From Azolla caroliniana (taxonomy: Eukaryota > Plantae > Polypodiophyta), in contig JBHGNT010000010.1 of NCBI GenBank assembly GCA_043228905.1, forward strand, positions 15,438,001 to 15,502,000: DNA of 64,000 nucleotides, read 5' to 3'. The translations under genes and the position numbers were made by a program. Numbering within the stretch: position 1 is the stretch's first letter; every line of letters begins with the position of its first letter. Of this stretch, positions 1 through 14,026 are shown piece after piece. The notes below the pieces were generated by a model, which had not been told where the DNA came from, made no database searches, and was given only the letters and a program-made list of their open reading frames with translations.

Positions 1-96
1 TGTGTGTGTGTGTGTGTGGATGGGTGGAACCCCTAAATGGTAAGGTCCCAAACTAGGAGATGGATGAGATGGAGAATATTTTAGAAGAAGAATTTG

Positions 97-413
97 ATTA
101 AACTCCAGACCTTTATGCACAAAGGGGTAAGGATATTTTCAAGACCAAGCTACTATATTAAGAATAAAAATCAAGAATTATTGAAGAAACTTAAAGTGTA
201 TTTTAATTTTTCTTCTTCTTCTTTTTTGGTACCCTTTTCTCCTCATAATGATATGCCTTTACATATGGGTCTCCCATGTAGTTATGACTAGTTATGCATC
301 GTGAAGGGACACTTTAACCTTCTCATACACGAAGGGCGAAGCATGTATAATCATTTCGAGCACATGCTTTAGTATTCCATACCCCTTTGTGCATGAAGGT
401 CTCAAGTTTAAAT
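97..413. repeat. Short inverted-repeat element (MITE-like), arms about 37 bp
   Basis: ttaaactccagacctttatgcacaaaggggtaagg (98-132) is the near reverse complement of ccatacccctttgtgcatgaaggtctcaagtttaa (377-411). No TSD established. Confidence 0.5.
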
Positions 414-619
414 ATCTCTAACCTATTCTTATATAGGTTAAATATTCCTAATTAATGTTTTTTTCCCTAACGTCCTATGAGAAAAATTATCTAACCTAGA
501 ATTGGTACGTTTGATCAAAATCTCTCTTATATCATTGTAGTAAATTGTGATGCACACAATCATGAACTTTTATAGGGGATGATGCCAATGAGTCTCCTCC
601 TGTGTGCATGAATCCCCCA

Positions 620-2176
620 TCTCACATAAACGAGAATGTGAGCTAATTCATACGGAAGCAATAGTGTGTGTCACATGTGGAGGACAAAGGAATTATCCCT
701 AACATACATTGGTGAGTGTGGTTTCCCATTTGGAGAAAAATATGGTTTTATATTTAGTGCAGCACTTGTAACATAATGTATGAAATGTGAACCTTCACAT
801 CTAGTCCAAGTCATGATAAATTGGCTATACAAAAAATCTCATTTGTTATAGAATCCATTAGGGCATCTTTAAAACAAGTAAAACATATCCCATCTCCCAA
901 ACCATTTCGTTATATCTTGAACATATCTAGAACTTACTATTAGGGAGCTCTATATTTGCTTTACATAAAAATCTAAAAATTGAACATGAGGAGATTTTTT
1001 TAACCTTTAACATGCACTCAACAACACTCCTCAACCCCATGATCTTGATGAAAAATAATCTAGTCTAAAGAAATTAGGCGCATGAAGAACCTTTATAAAG
1101 AAATGGTTTTCGTATTTCTTGAAAACCCAACATTTGATTCCTCAAGCAGTGCAAAATCTATAATAAGCCTTCATTTCTATTTAAAGCAACGAGTAACACA
1201 TTCTATTGTTTCATGTTGGTAAATGTACATATTATAAATTGGCAATAATTACATTCCTAATTATAAACATATTGCAATAGACCCGTAGGGTTAATGCCAA
1301 GACATATCACCAAGTCACCAATTCCATTGTTTTTTTAGCCTAAGCAAACTCAATTATACAATCATAATGGGAACTAATGAAATGGTGTTGATAGAAGAGA
1401 GAGTGTGTGTGTGTGTGTGAGAGAGATACATAGATACATACATAGATTTTTTTATCGTCTTTAGAGGTCAAATATAACCTATAAGACAAAAAATATTACA
1501 TTTCACTTGATACATGTGAAAGTGAGTAGTGATTTTTGATGTTCAAGAACTTTACCAATGAATGCTCTAATCAAGTGCACATTGTGATTGTGGGAAATTA
1601 ATGCAAAATTTGGGCTTGGTCGAAGATACATAGAAAGCATGGTCAAATACGATAAAAGGTAGCGCATTGTATCAAAGTATAATACTCAAGATTCTCAAAC
1701 TTGTTTAAGGCAAAGTGTGGAGTTGACCACTCTCATCACTTGTGCCCCAACACCCCGTCTCACATTGCAACAAATGTGAGCTAAGTCATGTGAAAGCAAT
1801 TGTTCAAATAGCAAACAACTAGATGAGCTCTAACATGAATCAATATGTACAATTTCCTCATTCCTTGATGAATATAGTTTTGTGGTTAGGTACATGTGTA
1901 GTATAACGTGTGAAATGTGAGCCTCCATATTTATTCAATGTTATGATACATTAGCATTATAAAAAGGCTTCACTTACAAGGAAATCTAGTGATGCATCAT
2001 GAAGAATGCGTATTACATCCTATCTACCAAATCATTTTTCCATATCTAGTATTCAACCAAAACACAAAATTTTGGTTTTATATATATTCAAGATCTTTTT
2101 GCTTGATTTCCGTGTTATTCTAAGAAGTCAATGTGAGGGACTATTTTTCAACCTTAAGCATGTGTTCAACAACCCT

Positions 2177-2234
<58 letters not shown>

Positions 2235-2720
2235 AATCACACAATGTGGATGACTCTAATAAAACCACTAAGATACCCAATCAATTCAAACTTTGTATAT
2301 GGACATGCGTGAGTAAATAGTACATATAAACATGAGTTTATTAAAAAGTGTCACAATTGAGAGTGCATACTCTCAAAGATGTGCGGAAAGTATAATTAAC
2401 TGTGATTAAACACAAACCATTGTATCAAAGTGTGATGCTCATACTCACAAGATTGTTTAAGGCAAAATGTGCAAAGTTAACTAATCTTAACAATTGTACC
2501 CAACTTCCATTTCACACCAAACTTTGTGTGAACTAAATTGAATGGACACAATGGTTTAGAATCAAATAGCAAACAAAGGGGCGAGGTCCAACATATGTTC
2601 ATGTGCGCAATCTACGCATTTGGCAAAGAATATGGTTTTGTTGTTCGATGCAACATATGAAATATAACGTGTGATCATGAGCCTCCACATATTTCCCATG
2701 TCTTCATACCATACATTATT
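620..2720. repeat. Three diverged direct copies of a several-hundred-bp non-coding unit, separated by (GA)/(GT) microsatellites
   Basis: Motif series ctcaca..gtgagcta..aatat(g/a)gtttt..taa(t/c)gt..ga..tga(a/g)cct.ca recurs at about 620-1030, 1757-2180 and 2510-2720. Also 1665-1760 matches 2417-2510. Confidence 0.6.
2183..2230. repeat. (GA)n microsatellite
   Basis: Direct reading of the sequence. Confidence 0.95.
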
Positions 2721-2989
2721 CACAAAAGAATTTATTTATGGCCTTATTCACAAAGGAGTTTATTTATGCATCATTTAAAGAGAGAGAGAGAGAGAGAAAG
2801 ATTTAAGCATATTTGACAAACTTATTTTGATTCCCATGAGGGTTAGAAAAAAATCACTCCATTGCTAAGTTACAATGTGGTAGTATGGGTACCTCAAGCA
2901 TCATACTTACCTATCATGGGTTGTGAATGGCATGTTGGTCGCAATGTACATCTAAAACTCAGAGATGTTCTTTGTGTAAAATATTCTAC

Positions 2990-3678
2990 TCAAATGCCCT
3001 CGATCTCAAGAACCCCTAAAGATGAATGTACCATTTTGAGGTTCCTACACCTTGCCATTCGGTTCAAATGTTCATTCTCCAAACTGGCATACATAATCCA
3101 ACCAAAACTTCACAATCTCATCCCTAAATTAGCATAAAAACTCTATGAATATAGCACTATGACAAATTTGGGAAGTGAGCATGCTTTCTATATTACAACA
3201 AACATATCATTGTGTTGAGACCCCTACGTCAAACAAATTAATGTAGTACGAAGATGTCAAGGGACATTACCGGAAAAAATTCCATAAACCTCGACGAAAC
3301 ACTTCCAATGATGCAAAGAAGAATTCAACCATGCCATGATCAATCCAACTATCCACCTTCAAGTGTAACAATGAGAAGAGCCAAGCTAGCCGCAAAAGAG
3401 TATTTATACCCTATATATACCCAGCAAACAAGCCTGTTAAGCAAACATCCTTGACTTGCTATTTGCTTATAATAATATAATACAAAGCAAAATACCTGTA
3501 AATTTCTTATCAGATAGCAACCAATTTTGAAATTTAACAATAAGACCTTTTCATAATAGAGGACATTTGTGCAAATAAAGATTATAAACAGAAGCATTTG
3601 GATCAATTCCCAAAGCCTTAAGGGCTTTTCAGAATTTTCCCTAAAACAAAAAAGAAATCTTTCCTGCTTAATATCTAG

Positions 3679-3715
<37 letters not shown>

Positions 3716-6700
3716 ATTGATGCGAAGTAAATGCATTTTTGTCTCAAAATTAACTTGTCTCGGAGCCATGGGTTAACTGATTTGGGTTGAAATAATCCCC
3801 AATCAACAATTATGTCCCAATAGAGTTGATAGCAAGTTGCAAAAGCAGATGAGATAATGAAGAGTATAAGCCATTCTCTAGAACCATTGTTTTGGAAGGT
3901 AACTCGGGTTATCACTGCTACTATTGCTGAGATGTACTTCCCACCATTCCCAATCTGTGCCTGATTGCCCTCATCCATCCATATCCGCAAGCACTGTTTA
4001 TAGCATTACAATAATCATCTTTAGCATTTGGTGTTTGTGTCTGAATTCCTCTGTAAGGGTTCAATGGTAAGGATTAGGGTTTAGAGTTTAAGTACAGGGT
4101 TTAGCATTTAGTTTAAGGACTAGGGATGGAATATATTGTTATGGTTTAGGGTGTTTACAGTTAGCATTGATGGTTAGGAATTAGGTAGTTTGACAGTAGT
4201 GTTTACGGTTAACCATTTAGGCATTCAGGTTTGGATGTTGGGTGTTTAGGGTTTGTATCGACAATTACTGTTTAGGGTTAGCATTTAAGGTACAGGTTTA
4301 CAGTTAGTATTTAAGATTAGGGATTAGGTTGTTTAAGGGAGCACATTGGTTTAGGGGTTAGGGTATTTGGGGTTAACATTTATGGTTAGGGTTAAGAGTA
4401 GTAAGGATTTGTGTTAAAGGTTTAGGGATCAGCATTTAACATTTAGCTTTTAGCAAAGATTAATACCTGCATTAATCTCCACCAGTAGGGTAAAACAGAC
4501 ACACAATATATAAATTCTTGGAAAAGTGTGTCCTCATTGCAAGTTGTCGTCGTCTGTAAGTTAAACTTCCTACAGATGTAGTAGCAAAATATCCATGCGA
4601 AGTTTTGAAAGGCTGTAATCTGGAAACAGCTCTTAACATTTCAACACTATAATGTTAATATTTATTTCCAGAGACAATCTTTTTTACATCTGAAATCTCC
4701 TTGTTCTATCAACAATACATGCCTGGCTTGTGAGTTGATCCGCAAGGAAGAAATCAGAGAATGTAACCTAAGATTTCATTGAAAAATAACAGGACAAAAC
4801 ATTAGTTTGTGGCAAATTTGGATATCACTGAGACACTATTTTCTTTCAATATATAATTATTCCCTTGCATCATTTTTCACTCATTGTATCATGGGGAACA
4901 TTTCAACATTAATATTATAATGCCATTTTTTTGGAGCTACAGTGATCTTATATACTAAACATATGAATAGTGTTTATCCTGAGGTTAACATCAAACCCAT
5001 TATTTGAGACTTCAACCCACAACCTTAATGTTATAAGAAGCTCAAAACTTTACCATTACATCATATTTGATATATTTGTGCTTCAGAATTTCAATTTGTA
5101 CTGAAATCCTTCATCAATGCTGAATAACTACACTGATCCCGATTATATATTATATGACAAGGAAAAAAAGAGGGACAACCTTATATAAGGGAGAACATAT
5201 GATATGCCATAACTGGTGAAGAAATGTGAATCGGGTCGATTTGCAGCATATATCGAATGGAAGTATCAGGAATAAGCAACACAACACCTACTAATGAATA
5301 ACAATTCCAATAACTGCACTGTTTGATTCAAAAATATACTTAATTTATCAATTTGCTGAATTTGTACAAATCTTACCAGCATAATAGTTAGAGGAAGCCC
5401 TGAGGTTTTGGGAGTATTGGAAAAGAACAGCTGCATAACCATACCACCTAGCAATATGGTGGTAAATGCTGTGCTCAATAACATAATATCATAAAATCCA
5501 AATTTCTTCCTTGGTGGAAAATCCAAAATGACTCCGTAACTTATGTGGAATCGTTGCCAAATGAACACATTAAACCCAAACATGTATAAATGTAGAAATA
5601 TCAGCCCCAGAGAGCTGCAAGGACATTCAAAGAAAGAAAAAAATTTGAATGGTTTTAATGTATATACCATACACACATCAAGAAAAAACCATTAATCCTC
5701 AAAATCATTCAAAAAAACGGGAAATTACATTGAAAGGTCACCTTGATGTGTAAAAATCAAATTGTGTCAGACTCGAATCGGTTGGAAGTTTCCATGGAGG
5801 GTGTATGAAGATGAGTAGCAGAATCAAAAGAAGAATCATTGAAGATCCTGAAAAGACCCCTGCCATAGATTGATATCCCTAGTAAATATCATAACATAAA
5901 AATAGTAATATGAAGAGAATTTTTTTATATATATGTTTTACAAAAAAAATTAAAACAAGGCTCATTAAATATTGACTTAAATATGGCTGGTCACAAATAT
6001 TAATCCTTAATCTGTTATCAAATTGACTAATGGATTGTTCCCTCCCACTCCCTCCCTCTCGTTTATTAACATTGTACAAAGAACCAGGTCATAAACAAAT
6101 ACAATGCACATTAAAATTATATGAATCTCTAGGGGAATATATGGTTAACATCAAATATTAAATTAGTAGTCCTGCTTTTTTAGTAGGATATAATGGACTA
6201 ATTGAATCAATTACCTGATATACGTGGAGTTATGTTTTGAGAGTCAACAAGTGAGTGAGTGAATTTAGAAGATAGAGAGAGAAATCCCCAATATGGCATG
6301 CAGTATAGGAGAAGGTATATATGGTGTAACAAAGATGTACAAACATATTTGGATTTGAACCCGAGACCCTATGTTGAAGGCCTAATAGCTTACCATCATG
6401 TAAGCCTATTAAAATTAAAAAATAAACAGGACATACCTAGTCAAGTTCCTAATTTTTTCATGAATTAAGAAAATTGAGGTTACTAATGAAAATCTATCAT
6501 ACTTTCTTGATTTCTTAATTAGGTAAAGTTTCCATATAATCAATGATACTTGTTGAGACTTCTGACACACCTAAAAGAAACATCAACTGCTGGTTGTTTT
6601 TCTTTCTTGTTGCCTTCAGATATATAAGAGCTTCACAGTGATCGTTGCTTGTGAAGTATTCAGAAAATAGAGACTCAATCTTCTCCATCATCTTTCTCAC

Positions 6701-9032
6701 CTAGGTTGGCACCATAAATATTAGAATTTATTTCCCAAAAAAAACCAATTGGCAAACTTGGTATTTAGGATTTAGACCCTAAACCTAGATACATGGAAAA
6801 CATCAGGGCCAATTTATAGCATAATGGTAATTTTTCAAGAATTTCGGAATTTTGTGGCTACAATTAAATTAAGGAAGACAATTAATATTCATAAAAAAAG
6901 ATGATAAAGGGAGATTTTGATAGATTAAACCTATTTTCTGCACTTTTACCTATCAATTAGCCCAAACATTTATATTTAGTAAGTCCAAAATGTTCTTTAC
7001 TTTTTAAACTGGAACTTCTATACATTGTTTTTATGTTCAGTGTGAATGTTCTACATTTAGTTTTCTTTTAAATTTCACATATATCATTTTCCTGTTTCAT
7101 TGGCATTCCTTTTCCTTAGCTCTTTTTAGTGTTCTAACTTCTAATTATTTTGTATACATATGTGTGTATACATGCATAAATCTATACATACGTTCAAATT
7201 CTTGGTTTGATTTTACGAAGGCATATTTGCAATTAAAAAATACAGAATATTATTAGATATTTCAACTAAGTTTATTGAAATAAGAGTTCATTTATATTTG
7301 GCCTATTATTTCAGATTGTGGATGTCAGATCATAATGCATTCATATAAGTGAACAAATGGCTAAGAGAAAGAGTAGAACAATGAAGAACCACAGAAAAAA
7401 TAAATATAGATACCCCTATTAACATTAATGTGCAAGGGTAAGCTTCTGGAAAAATCTAACCTTATCAGAGGAAGAAAAGTATGAACATTCTGTTGCTTTA
7501 AGATACACGTCAGAAGCATTCTGTCGTGTGATCTGCAGACTCAAAAAATGAAATTGTTGTCTTAAATTAATGTCAAATACAAAGAAAGAGAAAAACATAT
7601 ATATACAGACAGACATATACATATATTTCTTCATTATAAATGCACATGTAAGGTGATCCTTTACCTTGTCATATTTCTTCAAAACCTTTCTGAGAACTGC
7701 CAAATTGAGTGAGCTGAATGCATGATGAAGAACAAGAGCTAAGTTAAGCTAGAGACAGACACAAAATTAGTGATGTATGTTGAGGCTAAGTAAAGTAGTG
7801 GAAGCTTAATCTATTTAACAAAACCTTGTTCTTTCCAAGCTAGAAAATTTTGAATTACCTATAGTCCTTTAAAATTTTGAGGCTCCTGTATAACTCTATT
7901 AGAGAGCATTGAAGCACTTTATGGTTTAGCTTGGATTTGGACACGCCAACACAATTTACTGTATTCCCCTCAACTTCACCACTCTTATCTGGGATTATAT
8001 TTAGGAAACATAGCTAAATTAATATACATGAACATTAAAATTTGGTATCAGATATTAAATACGTTCTAGCACAGTACATACCAAGAGTCACTTTATAATG
8101 TTTATCTTCACAATCAGTCAAGGAATTTCCTGAAGTAAAATGTGAGAACATTGTTTCTTCAATCAAGGCATCCATTTGAGACAATAATTGGCTAGCCCAG
8201 TTGAGGTATTCTTGTTCTTTACATCTATAAAACTTGTTAACCATGTTGAGTTGTGCATCTAGCCTTTTGAAAAACCTCTGAACTTCAGCTTTATATGGTG
8301 TTCCTAGAAGCTCTGTCTCAAACATGTAGTCCCCTCCATGTATATCACACTTCTTTTGATGTATAATCTGTTGCACTCAACAAAAAAGAGTATCAAACAA
8401 ACATATCAGAGCTGAAAACCTGACCAATTAATATGCATATGAATGGATCACAGAGGAATAAACTATAATACTTAATGTTTATAATCAAGCAACAATCATC
8501 TCTCTCTCTTTCTCTCTAAATTTCTTCAATTACAACATTCATTAGTCATAATGAACATTAAGATCCTCTACTCAACTTCACACACTACATGCAAATATTT
8601 CACTTATGTTCCTGTAGGCCATGTTTGACATATGAGGACAATAATAAAATCTATCTAGTTCAAAAAATCTTTCTAAATTTCTCTCGAAGCCTCTCTCTCC
8701 CCCCCCCCCCCAGGGACAAGAAGAAAATCCAAGGGAAATATACCCCATTAGCTTACCATCTCCACGCCACTTTGTGAGAATAGCAACCACCTATGGTGCT
8801 TAATTTGCCTTGAATCCTCCACAGGGCTTTTGTAGGAGCTACAAATATATTCTTGGTCTATACTATGTTCATAACGACTGTACTTAAAGCATCCCTGATC
8901 TCGACTATGGCAATGCTTCTCCAGTGTTTCCCTTATTTTCTTCAGCTCCTGCTTCAACTGTTTGTAATTAAAATATCCATGTTTCCATTCACACACTAAT
9001 TGTCTCTCCACTTGTTCTTCAAATTTCACCAT
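2990..9032 (-). CDS. PHO1: PHO1-family SPX-EXS phosphate exporter, 14 exons, about 705 aa. Exons: 9032-8757, 8367-8082, 7988-7859, 7713-7665, 7532-7461, 6700-6571, 5859-5742, 5614-5377, 5287-5180, 4767-4723, 4619-4467, 3993-3715, 3410-3271, 3083-2990
   Basis: SPX motifs MVKF..QLVCEWKHGYFNYKQLK, FFKRLDAQLNMVNKFY and SLNLAVLRKVLKKYDK. EXS motifs DFFLADQLTSQ, LPYWWRLMQCLR, NGGKY, YQLYWDIIVDWGL, NPWLRDKL, LRLAW and [22 protein letters not shown]. Exons join in frame at GT/GC-AG boundaries to 2118 nt. The specific paralogue is not assigned. Confidence 0.92.
4060..4450 (+). repeat. Degenerate telomere-like (TTTAGGG/TTAGGG) tract filling PHO1 intron 11
   Basis: Many ggtttagg, ttagggtt and gttagcattt variants over about 390 bp. 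Confidence 0.7.
5005..5063 (-). repeat. tRNA-like (SINE head-like) Pol III cassette in a PHO1 intron
   Basis: Minus strand reads tgatgtaatggt (A-box-like) then ggttgaagtctc (B-box-like). Confidence 0.4.
6351..6403 (-). repeat. tRNA-like (SINE head-like) Pol III cassette in a PHO1 intron
   Basis: Minus strand reads ttacatgatggt then ggttcaaatcc (B box). Confidence 0.45.
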
Positions 9033-9639
9033 TCTTTAAATATTTGAAAATCTCCCCTTATGTTAAACCCTCTACCTCAAATATATATATATGGTAGAAG
9101 GTATTTTGCATAGGGTTTCGGACATAACAAAATCTCAATTCTGAGAAGCTTCCAGAAGTGTATAATGTATAGGCATGTCCAGATATGCCTATGAAGTATA
9201 GGTATGTTCAAATGTGTGTACAGAATATAAGCATATTTAGATATATGCATATGTATGTTTGGTTATGTGTATAGTGTGTATAATCTGATATGTTTATAAT
9301 GTGTTGTTATGTAAAAGCCTGTAAATTCAAGTAGAATCTTAAAGGTATATGTGGGAAAAGTATATTGTAGATTCTTGTGTTTAGAAAAGTTTCTTTTTGA
9401 GGGACTTTCAGATATGGATATAGTGCACGGATATGGTGTGTCAAAAAATCATTGGAGAGTTTTGATTGTTCTTTACACAGAGATGCTGCAAAACGAGCTT
9501 ACAAAGAAAGGAGTACATGAATCAAAATAAATGGAGCAGGCATAGTAATATATCGCTCTATCTTTTGTCTTGCTTTCCGTTTCTTTCTTCCTCTATGTCT
9601 CTCAGGTTGATGTATCAATTTGTGGGGTTTTGTAATTTT

Positions 9640-10070
9640 GTGGAAATGGATAGTGGGTTGAGTTAGAGCTAGGCCTAGGGTTGGGATAAAGGTTATGTTA
9701 GGTTAGGTTTGGCTCTATCCCTATCTAGCTTTCATGGGGTGTTTTCCAATTTGAGGAAACGGGCTATGGGTTGGGTTAATTCTCTCATGATTTAGGGTTA
9801 TGATTAGGATTAAGGTTAGGGCTCAAGTTAGCTCTATACCTCTGTTATTTTGTGGACTTATTTTCGTTTGGGAAAATAGGTTGTGAGTTGGGTTAAATCT
9901 CCCACATAGATCAGGATTAAGATTATGATTAGGGTCAGAATTATGTTAGCTATCTCTAGTTCTCTCTCCTAGATGAGGGTAGGTTAGGGTTGAATCTCTC
10001 TCCATCTCTCATTTTTGGGGGTCTTTTTTTAAAACATGGGAAAAAATGGTAGTGGGTTGTGCTAGTTTTG
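9640..10070 (+). repeat. Degenerate tandem repeat (roughly 110-140 bp unit, GGGTT/TTAGG-rich) upstream of PHO1
   Basis: Recurring gg(g/a)aaa..gg.t..tgggttg, ggttatgattagg and gctctat motifs. Confidence 0.5.
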
Positions 10071-10199
10071 ATCCCACATATCAAGTATAGGGTTGTTATT
10101 CTCTGTGTCTGTCCTTTCTGTAGGCCTTCCCTGAATTCGGGGAAATTTTAGGTAGTTGATTGAGCTAGTTCTGGTCTCATAGATAGGTTTAGGATTAGC

Positions 10200-10850
10200 C
10201 CTTTGTATCTTTCTCTCTCTCTCTCGATCTCTCTGTCTCTCTAAAGGAGAAAGATATAGGGAAAAGAAAAACAGTGCGAGATATATGCAGAAGAAAAAAC
10301 AAAACAAAAAAAAAAAAACAGCGAGGGGAGGGAGGGAAATACCTTTCGTTTTCCTTTTTTCTATTTTTGTTTTTCTTCTGCTGTGAGGCGTTTTCCCGCA
10401 GAAGAGGTAATGGTGGGTGGGTACGAAAGCATCCATTTGTGCCGTTTCTTCTGTCTTTCTGGGCGCACACACACAGAGAGAGACAGAGAGACAGAGACAG
10501 AGAAAGACAGAATCTGCATTTGTGTGTGTCTGTTAAACAAAAAGCAAAATTCTTTTTTCCTCCCGCTCCTCACACTCTGCACGCCTCTTTCTCTCCTCTC
10601 CTCGCTTTTCCTGCCTCCTTCTCCTTCTCCTTCTCCTTCTTCTTCTTCTTCTTCTTCTTCTTCATTCTTCTGCATTCTTCATTCTTCTTCATTCTTCATT
10701 CTTCTTCTTCTTCTTCTTCTTTGTGTCTGAGGCATGTGTGTGTATTGGGTAAATTACAAAAGTAGCCCCCACATTCATTTCATTTTTTAGAGGGTTTAGG
10801 GTTTAGGGTTTAGATTTTAGAATTTAGGAGTTTTTAGGGTTTTTAGGGTA
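10200..10850. repeat. Low-complexity CT/GA/CTT tracts ending in short TTTAGGG repeats (10787-10850)
   Basis: (CT)n, (CTT)n and gggtttagggtttagggtttag read directly. The overlapping ORFs are low-complexity artefacts. Confidence 0.75.
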
Positions 10851-13800
10851 GACTCTTCTCTTGACCTCTCTATTAACGAAACATTTCCAAAAATAGCCCG
10901 CCATTTGTCACCCCCCGTGTTATGCACGTGCGCACACACACACACGCTCACCTTTTTTATGCATTACTACACGCATCGATTGCCTCCTCCCGTCCGTCTG
11001 TGTGAAACCGTTGCCGACTCTACCATCTCTACTTCGAGATGGGTGTGGAAATCAACCAGACCATTATGTTTGCGGATCTATAATACTCTCCATATTATGT
11101 ATGACGGTCACCGATTGCATGTGCCCAGCTAACTTATATGAGAGGAACGTGATGACAATGACAGAATGCTACATTTGTAGATAAACTGCATATAACATAT
11201 GAATCATGATATATGAGACAAAAACCATCAGTTTCTTTTATTAAAGGTCATTGGACACACACACACACACACATGTCTTCGCCCTCAACTTAGAATAGAG
11301 TTCTATAGAAAGGGGACAATGCAACAAGTAAATTGCAAGCAAGGTTTCTGACATCTATATGGGGGGGGGGGGGGACGTAGGAATGAGGGAATCACCACAT
11401 TTGTTGATACATGACATATTATGTATGATATCTTAGACATTGCAAGAGGGGTTTGGATCATTGCCTCGAGTTGTGCAAAGTCGAAGGGCTAAAAGTATTC
11501 AAGTTTCTATTTCAAGGAACTTCATATGTATAATTGAAATATAAGAGCATTCCCATACCCATTAGAAGGAATGTGAGGGTCAGTGAACTTAACTTCCCTC
11601 GTCCCAACTTCCCTCGTCCCAGTGACTTGCTCAAGCCCAAACAAATACACAGAAAATCTATAAGTGGATTCCTTTAGATATAGCTCAAGACCTTAGGAGT
11701 AGAAGACACCAAAGACCACATGTGAATAGATCGAGACACCACTCCCCTCACAAATCGATCAAAGTGATAATTAGGAGGTGTTACAAGCTCATGTTGAGAC
11801 TCCACAAGCACAATACTGCAATTTGAGATGAGGTATCTTATGGTGCTTTGGGATGGGCCAACCAACATGACCAATCTTATGTTCTCACTTTTTATCTTTA
11901 CGGTTCATTAATTTGCATTCTAAAACAAAGTGAACAAGCTATGTATTGTTTTTGGCTCATCAGTCACATTGGCTTGTTTAGAGATGTAAAATGCCTCTTC
12001 TTTTCCTATTTTCATAAAATAATGTATATATTAAAACGTCATGGAAATACAAAAAACCCTTCTTGTCCCAACTAGACATTTGATGATGAACCCAATTATG
12101 AAAATCATCAAACCACTTTCGCCTTTTTACATAATTTTTTCTATGGTTATTTAACCCACATCTTTGAAAGGGGGAAATTTTCAAAATGAGCCCCTAAATT
12201 TACATTAATGGGTAAAATTAGTGCAATACTATATATATAATACAATAATCGCTAAAACTTTCCCTTGTCTTGATGATTTCCTTCAAAACGAATGCATGAG
12301 AAAAAGTTTTGTTTCCCAAAATAGCCCACACATTTATAATACTATCAAAACAATTACTAAGCTAGTTCTCTCCCTATCTCTCTCTAAGTAGATGGTGAAG
12401 AAACCCATCAAAATTGATACTATCATGCAAGTATATATATATATATATATATATAATATGTATATATGTTTACATGTTTGTGAGAACTCCAATTGCGAGC
12501 TACAACAAAAACGAACAAAACTATAATCCCTAATCAATTGGACGCATGCCATTTGTAAATTGGTTCAAGAAGTAGGATATGACATCGAGCTCCATCTTGA
12601 GCACCCTAAGAGAAATACTTGAAGTATGGGAAAAGAGGTGTAACTATACTATCAAACATTAATGAAGCCCATGCTTTGGGGCACTTGTCAAGTGCCTCGC
12701 CTCATTATGATAAAGGAGAGCGACAACCCTCCACATAACATGGATCCACTATCTAGCTATCAAAATATGGAACATGGTAACATCTAGCCAAGGGGGATTG
12801 TGCATGCATGTCAAGCCGTATTGAAGAGATTGAGGACGAGGAACATTTGACATTCATATGTCAAATTAAAGGCATGTTTTGCACCATCGTTCGCTCGATG
12901 AAAACGTAAGCTTAAGTTAGGAATTCTGGAAATTAAACTTAGGTTAATACAATTAACGAATTATAATATGAGAATTTCACAAATAGGTTGTAAAGTACCT
13001 TAATATACACGCTTAATCTTCATTTAGAAACATACCCCACAATTTATTTTATTTTTACAAAGTTACCACCATCCTTTCAAACCTTTACTCAAAAGTAATT
13101 AGTCCTTCAAAGCATATGCCAAAGTGTCTAATTATACTATTGCTACCTTAATTTCAAAGATTACATTGTTAAGTTTAATTGTTTGGACATTTAAATTTAA
13201 GTAAGCTTGATTATTTTTGTGTTAATTACACATAATACTTGATTTTACAAAGATTCCCTGATACTTTCATTCAACATTTTGTAATGAAACACTTAATTGC
13301 AACGAACTTGTTGTAGACTAAACTCTTATGGTACATATTAACATTGCGTATACAAAGACATAACCTATTTTTTCCAATATCCTCGTGTGAAAAGTAATTT
13401 ATTGTAAAGCCAATAATTTGCAAATGAGAAATTCGATATGTTTTTTTGTAAAAAAACTTGTTGGATGTTTTTTTAAATTTAGTTTTGCTTTTTTTTTAAA
13501 GAATAGTTGGATGTTTTTTGAGAACTTGGTGGAGAATTTTATTTATTTATTAAAAAAATACACTCACATAAATTTTGCTGATTTTATAATAAGAGGCATT
13601 TTGCTTTATTGCTCATTCTCGTGCTACATAAAAATAAGTCTTTGTGATGCTACCAAGAGAAGATGGGGTTAACATGCATTCTAGTTTCTTGACTCTCTTT
13701 TTTTTTTTTCCAAAATAAAGCTACTTTCCCATTAGTTAGGAAGGATTATTACAAGGAGACTATACAAGGAAGCTTATACACAAAACGGGGAATCTCCCTC

Positions 13801-14026
13801 AGATCAAGATCAAGAAAATGAGACTACTTACATAGTTTTTCAAACCGACTACCTAAAGTAAGTAGATACCTATACCTAAAAGCAGTGGCCTTTAGTGTCG
13901 GCCAGAATGAGCTGACTCCCGGGGCCTACATCGAAGGGAGGGAGGCGTGAAAGAAGGAAACAACCATCGTGGGGGCTGGTAGTTCCACCTCGGTCCACTT
14001 TCTCCTAGCGTCACCATAGGCGTGTT

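Noticed and set aside
3349-3714. C-terminal part of the 213-aa ORF as PHO1 coding sequence
   Set aside because: Read-through into an intron with (AT)n. The true next exon (3410-3271) is in another frame.
10062-10765. Cluster of overlapping 90-160 aa ORFs
   Set aside because: Products of CT/GA/CTT microsatellites with no recognisable domain.
10744-12335. Mutator-like TIR motifs (gggtaaattacaaaagtagcccc; gggggaaattttcaaaatgagcccc)
   Set aside because: All are in the same orientation, and no inverted partner or TSD was found.
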